From Squalus acanthias (Eukaryota), in contig CM059431.1 of NCBI GenBank assembly GCA_030390025.1, forward strand, positions 137,456,001 to 137,520,000: a stretch of DNA of 64,000 bases, written 5' to 3'. The notes beneath the pieces are model-generated. The model was not told where the DNA came from. It saw only the letters and a list, made by a program, of their open reading frames with translations, and did not search any database. How positions within the stretch are numbered: the first letter of the stretch is position 1; every line of letters begins with the position of its first letter. Made by a program: the position numbers and the translations under genes. Positions 1-12,100 of this stretch are shown piece after piece.

Positions 1-120
1 TTTCCGGGCCAGAGAGGGCGAACGGGTTAAAATAGAATGACTATGTACTAAAGACAATGTTCCAGTAACTCCAAAGTTTCAATTAGGAAAAGGAAAGTTT
101 GTAGATCTAGGATTTGGGTT

Positions 121-928
121 AACATAAGAACATAAGAAATAGGAGCAGGAGTAGACCAATCGGCCCCTCGAGCCTGCTCCGCCATTCAATGAGATCATGG
201 CTGATCTGATCCAACCTCAACTCTAAAGAACACAAGAAGTAGGAGCAGGACCAGGCCACTCGGCCCCTGGGCCCGCTCCGCCACCCACAGGGCCTTGACC
301 GATCCGAACTCAAACTCACGTCCAATTTCCAGCCCGCTCCCCGTAACCCCTGATTCCCTTTACTTCTAGGAAACGGTCTATTTCTGTTTTAAATTTATTT
401 AATGAAGTAGCTTCCACAGCTTCCTGGAGTAGCAAATTCCACAGACCCACTACCCTCTGAGTGAAAAAGTTTCTCCTCATCTCAGTTTTGAAAGAGGAGC
501 CCCTTATTCTAAGATTATGTCCCCTAGTTCTAGTTTCACCCATCATTGGGAACATCCTCACCGCGTCCACCCGATCAAGCCCCTTCACAATCTTATATGT
601 TTCAATAAGATCGCCTCTCATTCTTCTGAACTCCAATGAGTAGAGTCCCAATCTACTCAACCTCTCCTCATATGTCCACCCCCTCATCCCCGGAATTAAC
701 CGAGTGAACCTTCTTTGTACTGCCTCGAGAGCAAGTATGTCTTTTCTTAAGTATGGACACCAAAACTGTATGCAGTACTCCAGGTGCGGTCTCACCAATA
801 CCCTATACAACTGCAGCAATACCTCCCTGTTTTTATATTATATCCCCCTAGCAATAAAAGCCAACATTCCATTGGCTTTCTTGATCACCTGCTGCACCTG
901 CATACTAACTTTTTGATTTTCTTGCACC
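121..928 (-). mobile_element. 5'-truncated CR1-clade LINE (ORF2 C-terminus and 3' tail)
   Basis: ORF 316-819 (LVRPHLEYCIQFW...LERVQRRFT-type...RMRGDLIETYK) is a CR1 ORF2 C-terminus. Terminal (cataagaa)n repeat at 121-138. Closely similar to the plus-strand copy ending the window. Confidence 0.92.
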
Positions 929-1194
929 AGAGAAGGTTCTTGGGTTCAACGAAATGGTTAGCATTACACCAAATAGTTTGGGGATCCCATATCTGGATAC
1001 ACTGAATTAGCCCAAAATAGGTAGAAGACACAGGGGAATGGTAGGATGCTATGATGCACAGCCAGGAAAGAGACCCAGGCAAGGACAAATGCAACAGCTT
1101 GAGATCAAGGGAAGAACGGAGGGGATAATGTTACAAAGGAAAAGTGACAAGCATAAAAATAAGAAATGCACATTATTAACAAAAGGACCATAAA

Positions 1195-2666
1195 ACGGAT
1201 TGGTTATCACCCGTAGCTATAAACAATTGTATAGTGACGTTCGGTACGAAATTATTCCGGTAATATTTAATGTTACAGTTATTCCCTTTCCCCGAAATTT
1301 ATGTCCTAAAAGACACTGCCGATATTATGACCACTTGGGGAGGAAAATGGTAAAGGACATTTAGGATAAAAACCATGCACAAGACAGATGGAGTTCATGG
1401 GATGTCGGACAGACTTACGTAATGGTCAACATTTCAGACCATAATAGCAACCATTTGAATATAAAAAGAGGCTCGGGGTAATGGTTAGGTATAGGAGCCA
1501 CTGCGGGAACCACTGCCTTGAATAGAGTAGATATAGAGACTGTGTGGGAACACGACGAGGTAATTTGGAGTCAGTTGAAAGGCCTGCTATCCAATATGAA
1601 TAAGGGAGATTCAGACACCATACTGGAGTTAGAGAATATGCTGATGAAACAGAAATACACAGACAAATTCAGGATCACTTTAACAATGCGACAAAAGGGA
1701 TTAATAGAAGAGAATAAAACATCTCAAGAGATATGGTACGCTCCATTTACGGGAGTTACATGATCGATCAATTAATGGCAGGATTAGGTGAAATAGAACG
1801 CAACCGGGTCCCCTCATTTGTCAATGATTCCATGATTAGGAAATGGCTTCATTATGATAAGGACTATAATGTAAAAGGGACAAGGAAGCAGGGATTAGTA
1901 TATTTGGTAAGAGGAAATGGGGATTATGACAGCCAGCTGATTAATCGAAATGATACATGGGACAGTCCAAATATGGGGTGCTGCACCAAATACAGTGGGG
2001 TTTACATGTGCAGGTGCGATGTCAGAACACCCAGTCGACCCAGTCGGCCCGCCTGTGGGTTCACGCTAGACCCAGAATCACCCCTCTGTAGTATGAATGT
2101 CCAGAGGTGGGGATTAGACCGGATAAATTATGGTTATCTACAAATGGGCACCTATTGCGTCACCACTTGAGCTAAATTATACCAGCATGGGCAGGATGAA
2201 TGTCTAATAGATTATCCTACCTTTGGCTTTAAACCCACACAAACGGTCCAAATAGGCAGTCAAACCCTCCTACGTGTAATAATTCACAATATTACAGAAC
2301 TACGAGTAAATTTTTCAGTGCAAGCAGAAGCCCTGAGAGCGGTGGTTAACCTTGGACATTCAATTCCACATTTATTCCTAAATCTTAAAGCCATTATAGA
2401 GAGAACTTCAACTTCACAAATACACTTGGTTCAGATGCAACAAAGCAATGATAGAACACAGCGAGAGAGAGATTATGGCCCTAGGCAGCAGCAGTTGGTG
2501 GGAAACCACATATAACGTGGGACAACACCCACTGTACAGAATGATTTCTATGGCAATTTTAACGTTTATCATATTGATTATGATATGCTATCTGCGAAGT
2601 GCAATCCATAGAGTTTCTAGGCGTGCTATGACTATTCATAATTTAGATTTACAGCAATGCTTGTGA
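1195..2666 (+). pseudogene. Decayed envelope/fusion glycoprotein gene of an endogenous retrovirus-like element
   Basis: Reading through stops and frameshifts: GLVITRSYKQLYSDVRYEIIPVIFNVT; basic cleavage site IKR (1461-1469); Gly/Ala-rich fusion-peptide-like GSG*WLGIGATAGTTALN; helical segment; Cys-rich region (GCCTKYSGVYMCRCD...CGF...C...YCVTT...C); TM helix MISMAILTFIILIMICYL. Followed by a PPT and TG. Confidence 0.65.
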
Positions 2667-2717
2667 GAAAGTCGATTGAGGTAGTCGAGGAATCAATGTT
2701 TAAAACATTTCATCCTC

Positions 2718-2976
2718 GAGGTGGGGACTTGTATGAAAAACTGGTATTAGAAATTCTTAGTGGATGGGAATCATATATGTATAAATTCAAGTGTAGCCAT
2801 TGAACAACTAATCTTACCCATGATTCTCTGGGAGTATGGAAATAGTAAAACTGTTGGAATGTAGCCATAAGACAGTTAAAAAGCAGTTTTGACTAAGCTG
2901 AGATAACAAACAGCCACAGGCTGCGAGTGAAGGTTAAATTGTTAAATAATATATTATAGTACTAATAACATAAGTG
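2718..2976 (+). mobile_element. Polypurine tract and start of putative 3' LTR of the env-bearing element
   Basis: GAGGTGGGGAC immediately followed by TGTA at 2730, about 60 bp after the env stop. The LTR end is not identifiable because it is interrupted near 2977. Confidence 0.5.
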
Positions 2977-3350
2977 GCCTGGATTTTCCTATCGCAGGCT
3001 CCCTGCGATGCCTCCGATCTGGAAAAAATCTATTAACTTACTTGCTGGCTCCGTAAGTCCCGACACTTCCACTCCTGGGCCTCTCCTGGTGCGCGCGCAG
3101 AGGCCCAGGTATCCCAGGGGCGCAGGCAGTTCGCAAGTGCCCCTGGGATCACGTGGGCCATGGGGAACCAAAGAAGAGAAAGCCCCCTTCACGCTTTTGA
3201 CAGGTCTCTCCGCTTAGACCCGTCAAAAGTGTGAATGGGGATCACTCAAAAAAACACTAAAACATTAAATATTTTTTTTAAGTCACGTATTTAAAATTAC
3301 ATTAAATTAAACATTTTAAACAAAAATTAAATTTTTTGAAAAAATAATTT
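2977..3350. mobile_element. Probable non-autonomous DNA transposon (Harbinger-like) end fragment
   Basis: Abrupt GC-rich block starting GGCCTGGATTTT, resembling the GGCCG(C/G)(G/A)ATTT termini at 34274/36034. The other end was not found. Confidence 0.35.
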
Positions 3351-3627
3351 TCTGTGTGTCCTCAATGTCTTTCTTGTGGCTTAATCTTATCATCTTCAGT
3401 TTCTCGGATTGATAACTGTGATTGATTGGTTGGTAAATGCTGTTGCTGAGAGATTGTCCCAATAACACAGTGAGAGAGAGGGAGCCCTGGACCTATGCTA
3501 TGTATTTCCTAATTGTACTTTGCTTTAATCAAATAATTTTCTCTCTCCTGAGGATTCTTTTTTGAAAACTGAATCTAGAAGATTCAGGGAAAGAAAGTTT
3601 GGGGAAGAGGAATCTTTGGACAAGAGC

Positions 3628-5806
3628 TTCCTCCAGAGGGGACCGACCGAGGCCTGCTCCAGAGGGGACCGACCGAGGCCTCCCCCAGAGGGGACCGACC
3701 GAGGCCTCCCCCAGAGGGGACCGACCGAGGCCTCCTCCAGAGGGGACCGACCGAGGCCTCCCCCAGAGGGGACCGACCAAGGCCGCCCCCAGAGGGGACA
3801 GACCGAGGCCTCCTCCAGTGGGGACCGACCGAGGCCTCCTCCAGAGGGGACCGACCGAGGCCTCCTCCAGAGGAGACTGACCGAGACCTCCTCCAGAGGG
3901 GACTGACCGAGACCTCCTCCAGAGGAGACTGACCGAGACCTCCTCCAGAGGGGACTGACCGAGACCTCCTCCAGAGGAGACTGACCGAGACCTCCTCCAG
4001 AGGGGACTGACCGAGACCTCCTCCAGAGGAGACTGACCGAGACCTCCTCCAGAGGGGACTGACCGAGACCTCCTCCAGAGGAGACTGACCGAGACCTCCT
4101 CCAGAGGGGACTGACCGAGACCTCCTCCAGAGGAGACTGACCGAGACCTCCTCCAGAGGGGACTGACCGAGACCTCCTCCAGTGGGGACTGACCGAGACC
4201 TCCTCCAGAGACTGACCGAGACCTCCTCCAGAGGGGACTGACCGAGACCTCCTCCAGAGACTGACCGAGACCCCCTCCAGAGACTGACCAAGACCTCCTC
4301 CAGAGGGGACTGACCCAGACCTCTTCCAGAGACTGACCGAGACCTCCTCCAGAGGAGACTGACCGAGACCTCCTCCAGAGACTGACCGAGACCTCCTCCA
4401 GAGGGGACTGACCGAGGCCTCCTCCAGAGGGGACTGACCGAGGCCGCCTCCAGAGACTGACCGAGACCTCCTCCAGAGGAGACTGACCGAGACCTCCTCC
4501 AGAGGGGACTGACCGAGACCTCCTCCAGAGGAAACTGACCGAGACCTCCTCCAGAGGAGACTGACCGAGACCTCCTCCAGAGGAGACTGACCGAGACCTC
4601 CTCCAGAGGAGACTGACCGAGACCTCCTCCAGAGGAGTCTGACCGAGACCTCCTCCAGAGGAGACTGACCGAGACCTCCTCCAGAGGAGACTGACCGAGA
4701 CCTCCTCCAGAGGAGTCTGACCAAGACCTCCTCCAGAGAGGACTGACCGAGACCACCACCAGAGGAGACTGACCGAGACCTCCTCCAGAGGGGACTGACC
4801 GAGACCTCCTCCAGTGGGGACTGACCGAGACCTCCTCCAGAGACTGACCGAGACCCCCTCCAGAGACTGACCGAGACCTCCTCCAGAGGGGACTGACCCA
4901 GACCTCTTCCAGAGACTGACCGAGACCTCCTCCAGAGGAGACTGACCGAGACCTCCTCCAGAGACTGACCGAGACCTCCTCCAGAGGGGACTGACCGAGG
5001 CCTCCTCCAGAGGGGACTGACCGAGGCCGCCTCCAGAGACTGACCGAGACCTCCTCCAGAGGAGACTGACCGAGACCTCCTCCAGAGGGGACTGACCGAG
5101 ACCTCCTCCAGAGGAGACTGACCGAGACCTCCTCCAAAGGATACTGACCGAGACCTCCTCCAAAGTAGACTGACCGAGACCTCCTCCAGAGGAGACTGAC
5201 CGAGACCTCCTCCAGAGGAAACTGACCGAGACCTCCTCCAGAGGAGACTGACCGAGACCTCCTCCAGAGGAGACTGACCGAGACCTCCTCCAGAGGAGAC
5301 TGACCGAGACCTCCTCCAGAGGAGTCTGACCGAGACCTCCTCCAGAGGAGACTGACCGAGACCTCCTCCAGAGGAGACTGACCGAGACCTCCTCCAGAGG
5401 AGTCTGACCAAGACCGCCTCCAGAGAGGACTGACCGAGACCACCACCAGAGGAGACTGACCGAGACCTCCTCCAGAGGGGACCGACCGAGGCCTCCTTCA
5501 GATGGGACCGACCGAGGCCTCCTCCAGAGGGGACTGACCGAGACCACCACCAGAGGAGACTGACCGAGACCTCCTCCAGAGGAGACTGACCGAGGCCTGC
5601 TCCAGAGGGGACTGACCGAGACCTCCTCCAGAGGAGACTGACCGAGACCTCCTCCAGAGGGGACCGACCGAGACCTCCTCCAGAGGGGACCGACCGAGAC
5701 CTCCTCCAGAGGGGACTGACCGAGACCTCCTCCAGAGGGAACCGACCGAAACCTCCTCCAGAGGGGAGTGACCGAGACCTCCTCCAGAGGAGACTGACCG
5801 AGACCT
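3628..5806. repeat. Minisatellite, 26-bp unit (cctcctccagaggRgactgaccgaga) with 23-bp deletion variants
   Basis: Directly visible tandem array of roughly 85 units. Confidence 0.97.
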
Positions 5807-6134
5807 GCTGCAGGGTGATGTTGACCATTTTGCGACTGGTTCATGGCGGCCATTTATAGTTGCCTGTGGGGCCATTTTTAGAGTCCCAGCTGCGCTCTTT
5901 TGCTGACACTCAGTCTCACCATCTTGTGTAAATTGTATATCCAGCCTCCCGAGTAAGACCACCCGCTTCAATAGACCGACAGGTCGCGTCTACAGTGTCA
6001 TTTGGAGAAGGTGGGGTGTAATTTTGAGGAACCTTTATTTAATATATTCAAACAATGAAGACAGTTTTTATGTAAATAACGAGGAGACCAGGCGTGAGCT
6101 GAAGTAAGCGGTGGAGTTTTATTAACACAACACA

Positions 6135-6446
6135 GGGACAACAATAATAACTTGCATTTATATAGCGGCTTTAATGTAATGAAACGTCACAAGGCAATTC
6201 TCAGACAGAATTTGACACTGAGCCACATAAAGAGATTTTAGGACAGATGAACAAAAGCTCGGTGAAACTAGTAGGTTTTAAAAAGCGTTTAAAGGAGGAG
6301 AGAGAGAGGTAGAGCTGTGAAGAGGTTTAGGGAGGGAATTCCAGAGTTTAGGGCCTTGGCAGCTGAAGTCATGGCGCCAATGTGGAGCAACGAAAATCGA
6401 GAATGTGCACCAGGTCAGAGGAGTGGAGAGATCTCGGAGGGTTGTA
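6135..6446 (-). mobile_element. L2-clade LINE 3' fragment
   Basis: Tail 'aacttgcatttatatagcg' and peptide 'FSCQGPKLWNSLPKPL'; similar to fragments at 15.0, 29.5 and 55.8 kb. Confidence 0.7.
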
Positions 6447-6600
6447 GGGACACTTGTTACAGAGTCCGACTCCTCACTGGGAGAGACACACACTGTACAC
6501 AGGGACACTTGTTACAGAGTCAGACTACTCACTGGGAGAGACACACACTGTACACAGCGACACTTGTTACAGAGTCTGACTCCACACTGAGAGACACACC
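6447..6600. repeat. 55-bp tandem repeat, about 2.8 copies
   Basis: g(g/c)gacacttgttacagagtc... recurs at 6447, 6502 and 6557. Confidence 0.9.
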
Positions 6601-6941
6601 CAGGATTACTGAGTGCAATTGTCAGTGTCCCATTGCAGCCCAGACTGAGCCCCACCCTGGGCCCTTCCTGTCTGTGCATTTCCCCAGTGCCCCATTGGGG
6701 AACATTCAGCCCCAGATATCCTGCAGAAGCAGCGCTGTGGGGCCGGGCGGCTGAGTCTCGTGACCCTGTGGCTGGGCCTCTGACCTCACAATGGGAGATG
6801 ACACGCGCTCAGCTCGAGCTGGACACCCTTAAAGGGGCCGATAGGAATTAAACCCGGAGCGCGGCCGCTTAAAGGGGAGGGGCAGAAAGGCGGCCAAAAA
6901 TGGTCAAATAATGAGAGCAGTGACGTCATCAATTGAAATGT

Positions 6942-7029
6942 TCAGACATCCACACTCAGTCCGCGTCTTGTTCCCTGAAGAGACTTCAGCTGTTTCTCTC
7001 CGGTTGAACTGAACTGATTCCCCCCCAGC
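6942..7029 (-). CDS. NLR coding exon 12 (last; LGGNQFSSTGEKQLKSLQGTRRGLSVDV*)
   Basis: tttcag acceptor at 7030-7031, in-phase LRR-cap peptide, TGA at 6942-6944. Confidence 0.85.
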
Positions 7030-7201
7030 CTGAAACAGATTAAAGATTAAACAGGAAATAAACAGATTGAACAACAGTGTAAATAACAGGGTGACTGGGG
7101 CTAATATTTCAATAATAATTACAGACAAATATTACCCATAAAAGTGACTGAATCCCATTTATATTTCATTTATTACGTTAAACATTAACACAAACACTCA
7201 C

Positions 7202-7369
7202 CAGATCCACTCCAGACTCCTGCAGGTCAGTATGAGGCGGCAGAGAGCGGGGACAGATCGGTCTGTGAAGGAGTTTGATTCCAGGATCAGAACCGTCAGT
7301 GACCGGTTTGTACTGAGAGCGGAGACGAGATCCTCGGCACAAGAATCTGTGAGACCGACAGCCCATAGA
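7202..7369 (-). CDS. NLR coding exon 11 (168 nt LRR)
   Basis: [55 protein letters not shown]; cag acceptor, GTGAGT donor. Confidence 0.9.
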
Positions 7370-7510
7370 CTGGGAATCAGAGAGAGAAATAATAGGAATC
7401 AGAGTAAATCCCCAGAGTTTATTAATAACACTATTACTTATACTAATAATAATGTACAGTGTCAGACATCCAGTTATTATAAACACAATCTCACACAGTC
7501 TGGTACTTAC

Positions 7511-7681
7511 TGCAGTTCCTGTATTTTACAGTCCGGGTTCCTCAGAGCCGCTGACAGTAGTTTCACTCCTGAATCTCCCAGTTTATTAATACTCAGGTCC
7601 AGAACCGTCAGTGAGCGGTTTGTACTGAGAGCGGAGGCGAGATCCCCGGCACAAGAATCTGTGAGACCGACACCACCCAGC
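7511..7681 (-). CDS. NLR coding exon 10 (171 nt LRR)
   Basis: [56 protein letters not shown]; cag acceptor, GTAAGT donor. Confidence 0.92.
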
Positions 7682-9191
7682 CTGGGGATCAGAGAGAGAA
7701 ATAACAGGAATCAGAATAAATCACCACAGTTTATTAATAACACTATTACTGATATTAAGACAATGTTTATTAATTATATGGATAATAATCCTCACAATGT
7801 AGTGTCAGACATTCAGTATATTAAACACAAAACACATATTCTGGTACTTTTTCCAATTTTTAAACAAGTAAAGCGACAGAGAAAGGGAGCGGGGCGGGGG
7901 GGAGGAATGAACAAAACCGAAGGCCAGGAATAATTAATTGACAAAAGGGATGGCAGTGCATGGCGAAAAGACAGCCCCCATGCCAGTCGCTGGGGGAGGG
8001 ACATGGAATCGGTGGCTCGGGAATGGAGTTCGTAGTGAGGCTGCAGACAATGGTTTCAGTCTTTCCAATATTTAATTGAAGGGCACCCGCTTTTGATTTG
8101 CACAATATTCCCTTTTGTCAATTAATGACTCCTACCTTCCACGCTATCAAAGGCCTTTCCGTTTTGTACTTTCCTTCCCTCCCCCAGCTTTCCCGACATC
8201 TGTACTTGCTTAAAACCTGTTACATAGAGTCATAGAGTCACAGAAGGAGGCCATTCGGCCCATCGAGTCTGTGCCGGCTCTCTGTCAAGCAATCCAGTCA
8301 GCCCCATTCCCCCGCTCTATCCCCGTAGCCCTGCAAGTTTATTTCCCTCAAGTGCCTATCCAGTCTCCCCTTGAAAACATTGAGTGTCTCTGCTTCTACC
8401 ACTTCCGTTGGCAGCGAATCCCAGGTCATCACCACTCGCTGCGTAAAAAAGTTTTTCCTCATATTCCCCATGTATTTCTTGCCCAAAACCTTAAATCTGT
8501 ATCCCCTAGTCCTTGTACCATCAACTAGTGGGAACAGCCTTTCCCCGTCTAGCCTATCCAAACGCGTCATAATCTTGTACACTTCTATCAAATCACCCCT
8601 CAACCTCATTTGCTCCAATGAAAACAAATCCAAATTCTCCAACCTGTCCTTGTAGCTAAGATCCCCCATCCCTGGAACCATTCTGGTAAATCTCCTCTGC
8701 ACCCTGTCAAGGCCTTCACATCCTTCCTAAAGTGTGGTGACCAGAACGTGGCGCAATACTCCAATTGTGAGCTAACCAGCGCTTTATAAAGGTTCAGCAT
8801 AACTTCTCTACTTTTGTACTCAATACCTCTATTGATGAAGCCCAAGATCCCATATTCTTTGTTAACCACTCCCTCAATATGTCCTGCGGAATTCAGGGGC
8901 GTATGCACATTAACTCCCAGGTCCCTCTGTCCCCGCACACTCTTTAAAACTGTGCCATTAAGTGTAATGAATTTGTTGAATATCAGTAAAATGTGGGCTA
9001 ATCATAGTATGTAATGAAGGTGAGGATTATAGATTAATGAGTATTATACATAGTATATGTAATGGAGATGGGGTTAGTCTATATATGGTGATTATACATG
9101 TATGTTGTATGTGGTATATTAGGATATGTGGGCTATATCATATATATGTACAACTGCTCCTTGTTCCTTCTGCCAAAATGCATCACCTCTG

Positions 9192-12100
9192 TGTGGTAAC
9201 ACAATACAGCTTCCTGTGACTCGAACTTTATTGCATCACTTCCTGTGATTAGTCCAGGATAAATACTGGACTGATCAGTTGGATCCTGGAGAGGCATAGA
9301 GTAAGACCTCTTTTGTATGTAGCACCTTTTTAGTTGATTAAAGCTTACTTTAAGTTCACCACGCGTAAGGCTCATTCTTACGACAATTTAATCAACTTTG
9401 GAAAACTTCGCACTCAAACTTTTTGGACGAACTCGGAACTAAGGATCCAGGGAATCACCCATCATGGAAAACATCCTTAAACCATCGCGTCTTGACTTGG
9501 ACCCAAACACCCCAGCAGCCGGTAAGGTGTGGAAACACTGGTATCGCACGTTTGACAATTTTCTCGAATATTGCAAGGCTGATGATGACTCAAAGTTGCG
9601 GATACTCATCAACTGTGTCACCCCGAATGTATTTCAGTATGTGGAGGAATGGGGCAGTTACGAGGAGGCAATTCGGACGCTTAAGAGACTATATACTAAG
9701 ACACCAAATGAGGTCTATGCCAGACATCTACTAGCTACAGCCCAACAAGGGCCGGAGGAATCCATTGATAAATTCCTCCAAGAGCTTCGCAGACTTAGTA
9801 TGGACTGTAACTTTCAGGCGGCCTCAGCTGAGCTGTACCGTGAAGAAATGATCCGTGATGCTTTCATCTGCGGGCTTGCTTCCCCATTTATACGCCAGCG
9901 TCTACTGGAAAGTAAGACACTTGAGCTTCAGAAAGCTTATGACATGGCTTGCTCTCTAGATCTGGCAAAAAGAAATGCAGAGCTTTATACAGTGCCCAGA
10001 CCTCGGTCTGCTGCCTTAACTGCAGTCAGGCAATTTAAGAGGCCACAGGTGAACTCTATTAGGGAGGTCTTTATCCCTGACGATCAATCTGATGACTTCA
10101 CTGATGAAGAGGATGATGACCCCACTGTGGCAGCCTCTTGGCAATCTAAGAAATGCTTCTTTTGTGGTGATGAGATTCACCCTCGGAAATTCTGCCCTGC
10201 TCGCAATGCGTTTTGCAGTCATTGCAACAAAAAGGGTCATTTTGCAAAGGTTTGCCTATCAAGAGCCTCTACGAGGGCTTATCAAGCTAAGTCCTACCGA
10301 ACTGCCCCGGTAAGGGCCTATCAAGATGTTCCGGCTAACATCTATCGCGCTTCCTCTCGGGTTTCCTCTCGAAGAAACACACCTAGAGTTTCAGCCACTC
10401 TTTGTGCAACGACACCAATTACAGCTGCTTGTCCTCAGAACCTATTCCATGCAGCTACAAAAGCATCAATTAATGGACATACTTTAGATGCCTTAATTGA
10501 CTCAGGTAGCACTGATAGTTTCATTAGGGAACAGATTGTTGCGGAGTTAAAGCTACATGTTTTCCCATCGGACCAGGCAGTTGCGATGGCTCAGTCATCA
10601 CTTAATACCAGAATTTCTGGCTTTTGTATGGTTGAAATAACACTTAATGGTCATAGGTATCCCTCCACCCGGCTTTCGGTGCTCAAGGACTTATGTAGTG
10701 ATCTTATCTTAGGGCTGGATTTTCAAAAGCAGCATAAGAAGCTCACCATTGAGTTTGGCGGATCCAAACCTGAACTCACTATTTCTAATATACGACCTCG
10801 ATTACCGTTTTGTGCATTGTCAGCAGCTTCACTGGATGAACCCTCACTGTTTACCAGTATCCCTCCTCGATGCAAACCGATTATAACAAAGTCACGACGT
10901 TTCAGTCAGGAAGACCAGTCTTTTATTGCGGCTGAGATTTCTCGGCTTTTAGCAGAGGATATCATCGAGCCTTGTTCGTCGCCATGGCGCGCCCAGGTCG
11001 TTATTGTTAAGAGCCCTCTACAACCTCACAAGAAACGGCTGTGCATTGACTATTCACAGTCCATCAATCAATATACGGACTTGGACGCATACCCATTGCC
11101 GCGCATCGATGATATGGTTAATAAACTGGCTGAGTACACGGTGTTCTCAACATATGATCTGAAAAGTGCCTATCATCAGGTACCCTTGAAGGTCTCAGAC
11201 AAGCAGTATACGGCCTTTGAAGCCAATGGACGGCTGTATCAATTTCGTCGCCTCCCCTTTGGGGTCACTAATGGAGTGGCTGTCTTCCAGCGAGCAATGG
11301 ATGACCTGGTCAAACAGGAAGACTTGAAGGATACGTTTCCTTATCTGGACAATATTACTGTCGCAGGTCGCAATCAGCGGGAACATGACGCCAATCTCCA
11401 ACGATTTTGGGATGCACTCCAGCACCGTAATTTGACATTAAATGCGGCTAAATCCATTGAGTCACAACCAACCATCAACATCCTTGGCTATTGTGTGGGC
11501 AATGGCATCATTAAACCTGACCTTGAAAGGCTTCGCCCACTCCAAGAACTCCCGCCACCTAAGAATCCGGCCTCCTTGCGCCGGGCCCTCGGCCTGTTTG
11601 CATACTATGCTAAATGGATTCCTAACTTCTCGGACCGAATCCAACCTCTACTGAAGGCCAACACATTCCCACTAGACACAGCGGCTGTTGCAACCTTTAA
11701 CCTCCTGAAAAAACAGTTGGAGAAAGCAGCTCTTCACTCCATCGATGAGAGTCTTCCTTTTGTTGTTGAGTGTGATGCCTCGGAGGTGGCGATCTCGGCC
11801 ACTCTGAATCAGGAAGGTCGTCCGGTGGCATTTTTGTCCAGGACTTTTCAAGGGGCTGAGCTACATTATCCTCCAGTCGAGAAAGAAGCTACAGCCATCA
11901 TAGAGGCAGTACGGAAGTGGAGTCATCTCCTAGCTCGCCAGCACTTTACCTTAATCACGGACCAGCGATCGGTCGCCTTCATGCTCGATAATCGAAAACG
12001 GACCAAAATTAAAAATAATAAAATCCAGCTTTGGCGGCTGGAATTGGCCTCTTTTGGTTACACCATCCACTATCGACCTGGCAAGGAGAATGTGGCTCCG

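Noticed and set aside
3525..5853. Three overlapping 620-774 aa ORFs
   Set aside because: All three minus frames give the same peptide because the 26/23-bp units lack stops on that strand; no coding signal.
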